Source: Bacteroidia bacterium (GTDB lineage: Bacteria; Bacteroidota; Bacteroidia; SXHM01). Taken from it: 64,000 bases of DNA. Location: NCBI GenBank assembly GCA_022072225.1, contig JAJVIC010000006.1, positions 73,785 to 137,784 on the forward strand. Reading direction: 5' to 3'. The first letter of the stretch is position 1. The number at the start of each line of letters is the position of its first letter. The position numbers and the translations under genes were made by a program. Under the pieces are notes generated by a model that saw nothing but the letters and a program-made list of their open reading frames with translations, was not told where the DNA came from and did not search any database. Shown here piece by piece: positions 1-9,609 of the stretch.

Positions 1-1
1 A

Positions 2-1195
2 TATGAAGCATATACTCCTCAAAAAGATATTGATTTTATTAGATTGTTTTTCCTTTGTGCATCGCTGTCATTTTATGTTTATCCTTCGAAAAAATTCATT
101 GATAAAATAAACGAAAGATATAATGAGTTTAAAGTAGAAAACCTAGAATATGATATTAAACTTCTCATAGAAAAGTCAAACTCACCCTTTGATTTAGCAT
201 ATAAGTTTTTGTCGCTTTCCTTTTTTGATATTCCACAAGAAACTGTCCGTTTAAGAGATGATGATGAACCTGTGGTTTCTGTTGACTTTAAAATTCAAGA
301 ACTTATTTCTTACATAAAATTCATTGATGAAACCTTCACGGAATCAAACATAAACCTGAGCAAGTATAAAGAATCTATTTTGGGGGATTTCTTGGAAAAT
401 AGGGGCTTAAAGCACGATCGCCAATTGAGCTTCAACCCTTTCCATTTTTATCTTAATAGTAAGTTTGGGTATGAGTTTCTTAATAAATATCTCCACCACT
501 TATTCAGTGAAGTTACAATAGATTATTTACAATTTAATCCATTAGAATTAAGCACTGGGGAAATTGCATTTCTGAATATTTTATCAAGGATAAATTGTAT
601 TGGTAAAGAAGAAGTAAATCATTACAATAGGTTTAAGTATATGAAATATACAGGAGCTAAGAATATATTATTCTTTATTGATGAAGGAGAGGCGCACTTT
701 CATCCTCAATGGCAAAAGAAATTTTTAGAGCTATTATTGAATGTACTACCAGGAATGTTTCAAAACAAAACCATTCAACTTATTCTCACTTCACATTCGC
801 CTTTATTTCTTTCAGACCTTCCACGTGAAAATATTAATTTTCTTAAACGTAATGAAGCTACTGGATTATGTGAGGTTTCAGATTTAGAAAGCAGAAAAGA
901 TACATTAGGGGCTAATATACATACTTTATTCGCGGATAGCTTCTTTATCCAAGGTGGACTCATAGGAGACTTTGCAAAGAATAAAATTAATGAGACGATA
1001 AAACTATTGCAGGATGGTTCTACTGAAAAAATTTACGCTAAAAAAGATGAGATAAAAAAAATTATTCGAATGATTGGTGAACCAATTATTCGGAATAAAT
1101 TGTTACAACTTTTGAATGAGAGAATAGATGTAGATGAACGGATAAATGATTTGCAACGACAATTGGATAAACTGAAGAATAAGAGAAATGATTAG
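2..1195 (+). CDS. ptuA: Septu-type ABC/AAA ATPase PtuA (5'-truncated by window edge)
   Basis: Signature LSTGE, Walker B FFIDEGEAHFHPQWQ, H-loop LTSHSP; frame open back to base 2; close homologue at 40421-42451; overlaps HNH gene. Confidence 0.8.
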   Translation, partial: YEAYTPQKDIDFIRLFFLCASLSFYVYPSKKFIDKINERYNEFKVENLEYDIKLLIEKSNSPFDLAYKFLSLSFFDIPQETVRLRDDDEPVVSVDFKIQELISYIKFIDETFTESNINLSKYKESILGDFLENRGLKHDRQLSFNPFHFYLNSKFGYEFLNKYLHHLFSEVTIDYLQFNPLELSTGEIAFLNILSRINCIGKEEVNHYNRFKYMKYTGAKNILFFIDEGEAHFHPQWQKKFLELLLNVLPGMFQNKTIQLILTSHSPLFLSDLPRENINFLKRNEATGLCEVSDLESRKDTLGANIHTLFADSFFIQGGLIGDFAKNKINETIKLLQDGSTEKIYAKKDEIKKIIRMIGEPIIRNKLLQLLNERIDVDERINDLQRQLDKLKNKRND

Positions 1196-2162
1196 GATTA
1201 AACGAGATAATCTCAATGCTTTAGCTAGGCAACATTATATAAATGTTGAATCTTTTGCTCCTAAACTCACAGAAAGACTAGAAGAAAAGTCTAAAAAATC
1301 TGGAATACTACAAAGTTTCTACAAACAGCTGTTTAAGGACGTAAAACTTACAAACGGAGAATCTTTACTAATCTCAACTCCTGAAAAATTAGAAGAAAAG
1401 ATAATAGAATACACAAATACGTTTGGATTCGATTTTTCGAAAAATATATACAAGACACTTAGACGAGAATTGCAAAAAGTATTTGATTACAATGGTTATG
1501 CAAAGGAATATGGATATTGGCTTGCAAAAGAATTGAATGTAAATGTTTGCCCGTATTGTAATCGGCAATACACATTTACAATTAGCCATGGACGAAAGAA
1601 AATAGTTCGACCCGAGTTTGATCATTTTTATAACAAAAAATCATATCCTTATTTATCTCTTTCATTTTATAATCTTATTCCATCATGTTCAATTTGTAAT
1701 CGTCTTAAGGGTTTTAAAGATTTCAGTATTAAAAAGAATATCCATCCCTATCTGAAAGGCTTTACTCCTATTGCAAAGTTCGAAACTAAATTGACCGATA
1801 TTGAAGCAATTTGGGGAGATTCAGATAAAATAGAATTATTATTAAACACTGGAGGAAATCCATTGATTAAAAAAAATGCTAAAATTTTCAAATTAGAAGA
1901 ATTATATAATGGGTACGGAGCAACAAGAAAAAACAATGTTTCAGGACACAGAGATTATGTAATTGAAATCATACAAAAAAGACTCATTTATAACAGTACC
2001 TATATTGATGAATTATTTGAAACATATCAAGGTATATTCTTTAAAACAAGAGAAGATACAGTAAGGTTAGTTTTATCTAATTATGTTACAGAAGACGGCC
2101 TAGAAAAAAGGGTTCTTTCTAAACTTACAAAGGATATAAATGAAGAATGGGGACTGATATAA
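1188..2162 (+). CDS. ptuB: Septu-type HNH endonuclease PtuB
   Basis: CPYCNR...EFDHF...YNLIPSCSICN HNH/Zn motifs; 8-nt overlap with the ATPase gene. Confidence 0.8.
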   Translation: MIRIKRDNLNALARQHYINVESFAPKLTERLEEKSKKSGILQSFYKQLFKDVKLTNGESLLISTPEKLEEKIIEYTNTFGFDFSKNIYKTLRRELQKVFDYNGYAKEYGYWLAKELNVNVCPYCNRQYTFTISHGRKKIVRPEFDHFYNKKSYPYLSLSFYNLIPSCSICNRLKGFKDFSIKKNIHPYLKGFTPIAKFETKLTDIEAIWGDSDKIELLLNTGGNPLIKKNAKIFKLEELYNGYGATRKNNVSGHRDYVIEIIQKRLIYNSTYIDELFETYQGIFFKTREDTVRLVLSNYVTEDGLEKRVLSKLTKDINEEWGLI

Positions 2163-2187
2163 TTCAATTATTTCACCTCCAATTACT

Positions 2188-5100
2188 CTAAATTTGAGTT
2201 GAAATTTTATATTTAATATTGACAAAGATGTGATATAACGAAGAGTCCGAGCCATGAATAGATTTACCAATTTTAATAGCTGAATTTTCAAACTGAAATT
2301 GTTTACTTACGTCCTCTACGAATTTCGAGTTAATCTCAAAACCAGTAGGAAATTTTAATTCCGGTATTGTAGTTTGGGCATATTCAATCCATTTTTTTTC
2401 AAAATTCTCTGACGGGTAAAGAGAATAAATTAAAACAATAAATGTTTTTCTTTGATGTGTATAATACGCAACGAGTTTTTCTATATGCGATTGAACTCGT
2501 GGTTTATCTCTTAAAATAAAAGCTTCACAGGTTATGAATGATTTTTTATTCCAATCCAGAATATCTAAGTCTATTTCTCCTGCGTCTTTCCCTGATTCAG
2601 AGAAGGCTTTTCTTGTTTGATCCTTTACGGTCCAGCCCCAAGTGGTTACCCTTGATTCGAGCGATAACTGAACAATATCGTTGTACTTATTTTCATCGGC
2701 TATTTCATCAATTGAATTAATTTTGTCTAACATTCTATTTACAGCCAACGCTACTTCGTTAGTAATAAATTCATTTAAATCAATTTTACCATTTAATACT
2801 TCTGGAAAAATACGAATCAATTTATGTGGAACACAATTATAAATCCGGTTATAATTAATGCGTAACTCTTCAATATTATCAATCCCGCTGATTTCATGTT
2901 TTAGATCAGAAATGAATTGAATTTCTGAAGCACCAGAATATTGATGATACCTTTCCGCTTTTTCCAATAGTATGTTTGCTTCATTTATCTTCTTTTCGGC
3001 TAAGAGTCTTTTTATTTTCATATCTAAAACACTGGGTAACATTTGATATGGAAGTTCAAGCTTTGAAAATTCTTCATCGAGTAATTCGTATTTCCCAAGA
3101 TGAAACAAAACAATAATCCTGTTGAGAATAAGGTTTTCACCTAATAAGGATAAATCAACATCTGGATTTTGATTCACATAAACATCCCATTCTTCAAATA
3201 CTTCAGAATATAAATTAGAATCATTTGAAGCTTGTTCTGCCATCTTCATTTTAGCAACCATTCGGTTCAATGCGAATGAAGGATATATGGGAATTTTTTT
3301 GGTTAAGTCATCAAAGATGAGATATGCACTTGCTGGATTAGTAATTAAACGAATTAATCCTCTATAAAACTGTTTGTAGTCTTGTGCTTTAAGTTCTTTC
3401 CTTCCATATGTATTATTATTTTCAGGCTCGTTGATTTTATCTAAGTCAGCTTCGTTATTATGATAATATGCAATTAATAATTTTGTGTTATAGAGCAGAT
3501 TCTCATACTGTTTATCTTTCCCTGAAATGTTTTTTTCCCAATAGGAAACAATCTCATCTATTTTAGCCATCAATTTTGGATGCTGAGTAATTTTTATTAG
3601 TACAGATTGTATCTCTATCCAATATGATTCTTCTAAAAACTTTTTAAGGTTTGAGGTTTCTACTTTTCTTAAAAGAATTTCTTTCATTCCTTCAGATGTG
3701 ACCAATTCAACAACCGTAAGTATCTTTATTATATTATTTGTACTGATAATAGCGTCAATGACTTTCTCTTTATTACTAAACCAATTAATTGCACTTGCTA
3801 TTTGTGGAAGTAAGGCTTCATTTTCTGAGTTATGAAATCCAAACTCTTTATTGTAATTAAACAAGTCTATGCGACCATCTGTTGAACTATCTACCGCATG
3901 AATCTTAATGTAGTCAATAATTTGTCCCTCTATTCTCAATTTAATCTCACTTAATTCCTTTTTGTCAAAACCATACGGAATAGAAGGAGATGTTAATTTT
4001 AGTAATACTTGAATGAGAACACCTATATGGGTTCTAATTTTATCAGCTACAAATTGGTTTTTTGAATGATACTTATCTTCGGTTCTGTCAATTTTAAAAT
4101 TAGGTTGTAAAAAATTATTCAGTTTACCTCGTTTAAATATGAAGTAGATAGGATATATCCAATCAATAAATTGCAATCGTTCAATTTTTTCGCTCCAAAG
4201 AGGTAATCCATTCTCTTCTTTTTTATCAAAAAAATTATACTTTTTTATTTCCTCTACTTCTATTCTTGACATATATGAAGTGAAAAAAGTATCTGTTAAG
4301 AAATAAATATTTGGAGCATGAAGGTTAAACTGACTTTTGTATTTCCAATGTGTTGTACATTTCATTAGCCAAGTAAGACCATCCCATTGTAACATTGGAA
4401 ATTGGATTGTTCCGTTATTATATAAGGGTTTAACATCAAGGTTGGCAAATAAGGCAATAAGCTCATTAAAGACATTAGGAATAAAATATTCAATGTTTTT
4501 ATTCCCGTAACTTTTATGATTATAGAGCAAAGAATTTTCTAGTAACATAATAACTACTTTTTCTTTTTGCTCTTTTTCTGCAATTAAAATATTATCTTCT
4601 TTTCTTGAATTTCTATTGTTTGGTATATCATATTTATCGGAATTGAGATGTCGATAAATTTGAAAAATCAATTTTGCAGCGGTTGCCTTATCTGATAGAA
4701 CAGATCGTATTGTATAAAGCGCAATTTCAATACACATTGACCATAGTGTTTCTGATCTTTCATGTTGTTGACCTTTCGGGAATGTGAAGTCACTAATAAT
4801 TTGAAACGAAAAGGATACAAAATCTTTATCGCATAGAAGGTGTGCAATTATTTCTCTTCTATAATATTTAATACTCTGTCTCATAAACCATAAAAGAATT
4901 GGTTTATTAGTACTTTGTCGTAATAATTCAGTTATTCTTTTGTATCTATATAGTATTGGATTATTTCCATCTTGTGTTTCTATTCTTTCTAACTCAAAGT
5001 CATGCTTTACTACTATCGTAACAAGGTGTCTTAGATTGCGCCTTGCATTTTGTGAATGCAAATATGTACTATGAGATTTTTCTTCCCATTTATTAAGGCA

Positions 5101-6240
5101 AGTATAAAGTTCAAAGACATCTGAATTATTTAAAGAAAAATCTTCAAGTTCAAATCTATTATTGTCAAGGAATGAAAAATCACGCGTTGAGTCTACATCA
5201 ATAATTACTTTTTTAAATTCATCTTCAATGCCGTTTATATCTGGTTCGTTTACTATAATATCATAAGCAGCATCGAGAAATCTTTTTTTTGCAATTTCAG
5301 TAGCATTCATTAATGGATCAGGTGAACTTTCCCAATAACTAACTTGATTAATAAAAAATCTAATTCTTTCAACATCTGAGTCATAATTACCATCACTACA
5401 GAGCAGTTCCCAGAAATAACTGGAAATTTTATCGTGTAGATTAGACCAATATCGCGGTTCTGAATTGTAAAAATTGACAGTAACATCATCTGCTCCGTTT
5501 GCTTTAATTATTCCTTCTTTAATAAATTTTTCAAAGGATGGAATGTCATAAATAGATTTAAAAGTATTTTGTATTCTAATAAACTCTGACTTCGTAATTA
5601 ATAATCCTTCCGTATCTTTCCTAAATTCATTATAAAATTCAGTAATAAATTTAAAATCCTTCCAGTAATCAAGATATGGTTTAAAGTACAAATCAATGTT
5701 TGAAAACTCAACTATATTATCTTTTTCAGATAACCAACTTGGTGCTTTACTATAAATGTTATTACTTTCGATTTTACTTGGGCTATGGGAGTTATGTGCA
5801 GCAATAGCATCATCCAAAATGTTTTTGTTAATTTTTCTTTCATTGTTTGGCAATGTTGGATAAAAAGCAGATAGAAATTCAAGCTCATTTTTAAGATTAA
5901 TGATTGATTTGAACCTATGTAAATGAGCCCTTACTGATTCTGAAATTTCAATAAACCCTAGAATATTTCGTAACCAAAAATTTTGAAACAATTTATTAGA
6001 ATCTATTATAGTAGAATGTGTTCTTTCATAGTATTCTTTGAATGAATTAAAATCTGCTAGTGAACATTCAAATTTCAGCGGCTGACATTTGTATAGTATT
6101 TGCGCCCAAAAGCGTGAAGCCTCCCAAATCAAATCGGCTTCAATAACTTTTTTATCAAAATGATGAGTAAACTCATCTATTGGGCTAGTTTTAATATAAT
6201 TAACAAGCTCTTGAATTTTTTCCTGTTGTTCATAATCCAT
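2188..6240 (-). CDS. Large hypothetical protein (~1350 aa), helical, with C-terminal PD-(D/E)xK-like nuclease domain; candidate defence gene
   Basis: Long ORF; C-terminal GEIDLDI...ITCEAFIL motif; ATG at 6240 follows a TACTTTTG -7 box (6245-6252); no Walker motif seen. Confidence 0.6.
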   Translation of the reverse strand: MDYEQQEKIQELVNYIKTSPIDEFTHHFDKKVIEADLIWEASRFWAQILYKCQPLKFECSLADFNSFKEYYERTHSTIIDSNKLFQNFWLRNILGFIEISESVRAHLHRFKSIINLKNELEFLSAFYPTLPNNERKINKNILDDAIAAHNSHSPSKIESNNIYSKAPSWLSEKDNIVEFSNIDLYFKPYLDYWKDFKFITEFYNEFRKDTEGLLITKSEFIRIQNTFKSIYDIPSFEKFIKEGIIKANGADDVTVNFYNSEPRYWSNLHDKISSYFWELLCSDGNYDSDVERIRFFINQVSYWESSPDPLMNATEIAKKRFLDAAYDIIVNEPDINGIEDEFKKVIIDVDSTRDFSFLDNNRFELEDFSLNNSDVFELYTCLNKWEEKSHSTYLHSQNARRNLRHLVTIVVKHDFELERIETQDGNNPILYRYKRITELLRQSTNKPILLWFMRQSIKYYRREIIAHLLCDKDFVSFSFQIISDFTFPKGQQHERSETLWSMCIEIALYTIRSVLSDKATAAKLIFQIYRHLNSDKYDIPNNRNSRKEDNILIAEKEQKEKVVIMLLENSLLYNHKSYGNKNIEYFIPNVFNELIALFANLDVKPLYNNGTIQFPMLQWDGLTWLMKCTTHWKYKSQFNLHAPNIYFLTDTFFTSYMSRIEVEEIKKYNFFDKKEENGLPLWSEKIERLQFIDWIYPIYFIFKRGKLNNFLQPNFKIDRTEDKYHSKNQFVADKIRTHIGVLIQVLLKLTSPSIPYGFDKKELSEIKLRIEGQIIDYIKIHAVDSSTDGRIDLFNYNKEFGFHNSENEALLPQIASAINWFSNKEKVIDAIISTNNIIKILTVVELVTSEGMKEILLRKVETSNLKKFLEESYWIEIQSVLIKITQHPKLMAKIDEIVSYWEKNISGKDKQYENLLYNTKLLIAYYHNNEADLDKINEPENNNTYGRKELKAQDYKQFYRGLIRLITNPASAYLIFDDLTKKIPIYPSFALNRMVAKMKMAEQASNDSNLYSEVFEEWDVYVNQNPDVDLSLLGENLILNRIIVLFHLGKYELLDEEFSKLELPYQMLPSVLDMKIKRLLAEKKINEANILLEKAERYHQYSGASEIQFISDLKHEISGIDNIEELRINYNRIYNCVPHKLIRIFPEVLNGKIDLNEFITNEVALAVNRMLDKINSIDEIADENKYNDIVQLSLESRVTTWGWTVKDQTRKAFSESGKDAGEIDLDILDWNKKSFITCEAFILRDKPRVQSHIEKLVAYYTHQRKTFIVLIYSLYPSENFEKKWIEYAQTTIPELKFPTGFEINSKFVEDVSKQFQFENSAIKIGKSIHGSDSSLYHIFVNIKYKISTQI

Positions 6241-6269
6241 AATACAAAAGTATATTTTAAATAAAAAAA

Positions 6270-6290
6270 CCATCTCAATATTCGAGATGG
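6270..6290 (-). terminator. Intrinsic terminator after MTase
   Basis: CCATCTC/GAGATGG stem followed by a T-run on the minus strand; compensated counterpart at 49125-49157. Confidence 0.65.
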
Positions 6291-6305
6291 ATTTGAATGC
6301 TTTAC

Positions 6306-6956
6306 TTATCCCAATAAATCACATCCAAGGAAATTGCGTTGTACTTCACTTGCTGACGTAAGCACAGAGTACCCACCGGCTGCGGGATCAATCACCGTAT
6401 CACCAACATCAGTTACCGCTTCAATTAAACTTTTTTGTAATTCAATTGGTTTTGAATGTGCATGATTTTTCTTTGTAATCTTCTCATTCCAAACATCTGG
6501 TATATTGTGCACTTTCCAAATGCCTTTTATTCGAACTGGCAACTTCTGAAAAATAACAAGATACTCACTTTTCTTTCGTGTCCTGTAGCCCAGACCAATT
6601 CTCCCTTTATCCCATGTCACAAAATCAACTAACTTAAGATTAGTTCCTCCAACCAATGAATGAAGGCTATTCACCAACATATATTTATCCACCCATAACA
6701 TCATATGGCCGCTTGGTAAAAGAACGCGGTCAATTTCCTTGATGAACTTGGCAATCAAATCATCATTCATTTGAGGTAACTGAAACCGGTCTTTCAATTT
6801 CTTTCCTTCGTTTCCATATTTCAATTGGTCAAACAACCCGCGATACTGTGGGTCAAAAAAGACGAGCTTAATACTTTCTTTTGCAAGTTGCGAAAGAAGC
6901 GTTAAGCCATCCATTTTATTCCTGCTATTTAGTTTTGGTTGTGGGTTGTTTGACAC
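6306..6956 (-). CDS. Site-specific DNA methyltransferase (N6/N4, beta-type motif order)
   Basis: Motif IV variant FFDPQY near N-terminus, HAHSKP, motif I variant VIDPAAGGYS, FLGCDL. Confidence 0.8.
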   Translation of the reverse strand: MSNNPQPKLNSRNKMDGLTLLSQLAKESIKLVFFDPQYRGLFDQLKYGNEGKKLKDRFQLPQMNDDLIAKFIKEIDRVLLPSGHMMLWVDKYMLVNSLHSLVGGTNLKLVDFVTWDKGRIGLGYRTRKKSEYLVIFQKLPVRIKGIWKVHNIPDVWNEKITKKNHAHSKPIELQKSLIEAVTDVGDTVIDPAAGGYSVLTSASEVQRNFLGCDLLG

Positions 6957-6977
6957 AAAGGTTTATGGTTATTACTT

Positions 6978-7421
6978 CTAAACTTGTCCGTTGTCTGCCA
7001 TTGAATAGTAACTTTCAGATGTAATGATGAGATGGTCGACAATGGAAACACCTATCATCTTTCCAAACGTGTGAAGGCTTGTAGTCAGTGAAATATCCTG
7101 AGATGATGGGGTTAAATTTCCGCTCGGGTGGTTATGACACAGAATGACATTTGTTGCATTCGCCATTAATGCTAACTGGAAGATTTCTTTTGTATTGACT
7201 CCTGTTCCTACAGTGGAACCGACAGAGATTTCTGAAACTCCTAAGACGTGTTGGGCTTGGGAAAGCAGCATGACTAAGAAAACTTCTTTGTAGTCCATTC
7301 TGTTTTCATCAATGAAAGCGCGAAAGACAGTTTCGGCATCACTGGACTTAACCACCTTAATCATTTCTGAAAGAACGGGGCGGGTGTAATGTATTTGGAT
7401 TTCGTTAATAGTATGTTTCAT
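6978..7421 (-). CDS. radC: RadC-like JAB domain protein
   Basis: E..., CHNHPSGNLTPSSQD, VDHLII; start set at MKHTINEIQ because the upstream ATG lies within a hairpin. Confidence 0.9.
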   Translation of the reverse strand: MKHTINEIQIHYTRPVLSEMIKVVKSSDAETVFRAFIDENRMDYKEVFLVMLLSQAQHVLGVSEISVGSTVGTGVNTKEIFQLALMANATNVILCHNHPSGNLTPSSQDISLTTSLHTFGKMIGVSIVDHLIITSESYYSMADNGQV

Positions 7422-7485
7422 GTTTTTTGATTTTGGTGAATGAAATATTGAGACGGCATTTTGTGCCGATTGCGTTTGATAGAAA

Positions 7486-7516
7486 AAATGAAAGTCACTC
7501 ATGGTGACTTTCATTT
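7486..7516 (-). terminator. 13-bp perfect hairpin (terminator or operator) between N-6 MTase and radC
   Basis: AAATGAAAGTCAC-tcatg-GTGACTTTCATTT; T-run on minus strand; identical at 50343-50373. Confidence 0.65.
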
Positions 7517-8298
7517 CAAAATAATTGCAGTTGGGATGGAGACGGTGGTTTTTCCTCTGTTTTTCTCTCTTCTGAAGGAAGTTGCAGTTTCACTTCTTGA
7601 AACTCTGCCTGCTGCGATTGCCAAATACTCGATGCCTCTTTTTCAATTTTGAATATTCCTAATGGGAAGATTGAAATTTTGTAGCCAAAGCGGAAATCAT
7701 TTCTGGCTAATGCATCTGCACAAATGACTTCGCCTCGAAGACCATTGAGGAATAGATTGATTGCAGCCATCTTCACACAGCGGGGGTCTATGTCTATGCC
7801 GTAATAGCTGTGCATGCATTTGCTTTCTTTCGCAAATGCCATAAGCATTCTGCCACTTCCACAGGACGGGTCCAATACATTGGCAGATTTTGTTTCTTCA
7901 CCACGTACCATTTCTGCCATCATCTGGCAGACATGAAAAGGGGTAAAGAATTGTCCGTTTCTGCCGTGACTTAATTCTTGCTCAAAGAATGCTCCTAATA
8001 AATCATTTTCCTGGGAATTGTCTTTGTTTTCCTCCATGTAGAGAATGAGTTCTGCGAATAGCTCAGGAAAGTATTTCAACGTTCCTAAGGCCTTATAAGG
8101 CTCTATGACGCTCATATACTCGTCCTCATAGTAGGATAGACCTGTCTCAGGATTACGGGTAACACATGCTATGCAGATAGTGAGGAAATCATCGAATACC
8201 TGCTCATAGCTGCTCCCGTATGCAGCCTTATCAAACACTGCTTTAAATGATTGTAAGGTTCGGACACCAGTTTTGGTTTCCTTGGATGTTGTTTTCAT
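7516..8298 (-). CDS. N-6 DNA methylase-like protein lacking a visible NPPF/Y motif
   Basis: GQFFTP, VLDPSCGSGRML, YGIDID present; no motif IV found. Confidence 0.8.
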   Translation of the reverse strand: MKTTSKETKTGVRTLQSFKAVFDKAAYGSSYEQVFDDFLTICIACVTRNPETGLSYYEDEYMSVIEPYKALGTLKYFPELFAELILYMEENKDNSQENDLLGAFFEQELSHGRNGQFFTPFHVCQMMAEMVRGEETKSANVLDPSCGSGRMLMAFAKESKCMHSYYGIDIDPRCVKMAAINLFLNGLRGEVICADALARNDFRFGYKISIFPLGIFKIEKEASSIWQSQQAEFQEVKLQLPSEERKTEEKPPSPSQLQLF

Positions 8299-8376
8299 GG
8301 CTCTTTGATTTTGTAATGAACTATTTTCAAAGAGTATAGACCCTATAACAAACAGTAAACAGAAGTCAAAATATGC

Positions 8377-9540
8377 CTAATAGGCAATTGTGGTAGCACT
8401 GAAAGGTCGTGAAGGTGTACCGTCAATCATGAGGGTTAAATAAATATGGTAGTTGGGTAAGTTCACGAAATCTTCAACGTCAAAAGTCGGGTACATCTTT
8501 TGCGACATCACTGAAGCATCACCGGTATCAATACGAAAAGAAATATGCGTTCCCACATTTCCTAATACCGCATTCAAAATATCCGGCTGTAATTGTTTCA
8601 TGTATTGATGCGCGAGTATCATCCCGACCTTATACTTTCTCAACTCCGAAAGCATATTCACCAATGAAAGCGTACTGAAGTTCTGAAATTCATCCAGGTA
8701 AATAAAGAACGGAACACGGTTTTCTTCTTCTATCGTTACACGGGAAAATGCTGCTGAAGAAAGTGAGGTAAGTAATAGCGATCCTAGGATTTGACACACA
8801 TCTTCACCGATTGCACCTTTTGACAGATTTACCAGTAATATCTTCTTTTCATCCATTATTTTTCGAAGTGAAATTTCTTCAGTGTTTTCAATAATGACAC
8901 GCTTAATTGCAGGATACGCAAGCAAGCCTCCTATCTTGTTTAGCACTGGTAAAACATCGTTATACATGTACCGGGGAAACTCTTTTTTCCAGAATACTTT
9001 TACATCTTCATTCACTACGTTTTCTAATACTTCACTTCGGAAAGACTTGTCATATATCATCTTGTTTATATCAGACATTTTCGCACTTGGCTGGTCTAAT
9101 AATGCTAAAAGTGTAAAGCGAAGAATATGTTCAAGCTTTACACCCCATGCCGTTGACCACAGTTTTTTAAAGACTTCGATAATACTTGAAGCAATGAGAG
9201 AACGTTTTTCATATGAGACTTTCCGAAGTGGATTGTATGCGAATGGCTGTTTCGGGTCTGTGATGTCCATGTAAATAACATCATCCTTTCTATTGTCAGG
9301 AATATGTTCATTTATTTCACTGACTAAATCTCCGTGAGGGTCGAGTAAACATATTCCTCTTCCGTTCCTGATGTCATTTAGGATTTTGGTTTTTAAGAGG
9401 GTTGTCTTGCCTGTTCCGGTTTTACCAATGATATAGGTATGTAAAAGTCTGTCGGCTTGTCTAATACCGAATGGGGTTCCTTTATTTCGCCAGCTTACAC
9501 GGGCGAAATAGAGTATGTCTTTGTTTCGAAATTCATCCAT
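8377..9540 (-). CDS. VirD4/TraD/HerA-like P-loop ATPase (no TM segment seen)
   Basis: Walker A GKTGTGKT, LLDPHGDL, Walker B IYLDEFQ, LAHQ. Confidence 0.85.
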   Translation of the reverse strand: MDEFRNKDILYFARVSWRNKGTPFGIRQADRLLHTYIIGKTGTGKTTLLKTKILNDIRNGRGICLLDPHGDLVSEINEHIPDNRKDDVIYMDITDPKQPFAYNPLRKVSYEKRSLIASSIIEVFKKLWSTAWGVKLEHILRFTLLALLDQPSAKMSDINKMIYDKSFRSEVLENVVNEDVKVFWKKEFPRYMYNDVLPVLNKIGGLLAYPAIKRVIIENTEEISLRKIMDEKKILLVNLSKGAIGEDVCQILGSLLLTSLSSAAFSRVTIEEENRVPFFIYLDEFQNFSTLSLVNMLSELRKYKVGMILAHQYMKQLQPDILNAVLGNVGTHISFRIDTGDASVMSQKMYPTFDVEDFVNLPNYHIYLTLMIDGTPSRPFSATTIAY

Positions 9541-9609
9541 TTCTCCATTATCCTAAAATGGGGAAATGGAAATAGAATGCAATTTTTGCCAAATGTGATA
9601 AGATGAAAC

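Noticed and set aside
6306..8298. Complete type I or II restriction-modification system
   Set aside because: No adjacent HsdR, HsdS or cognate REase; the 260-aa protein lacks motif IV.
8882..9274. Antisense ORF also open in copy 2 (51748-52131), and other short shadow ORFs in the track
   Set aside because: Explained by conservation of the overlapped sense gene; no independent motifs.
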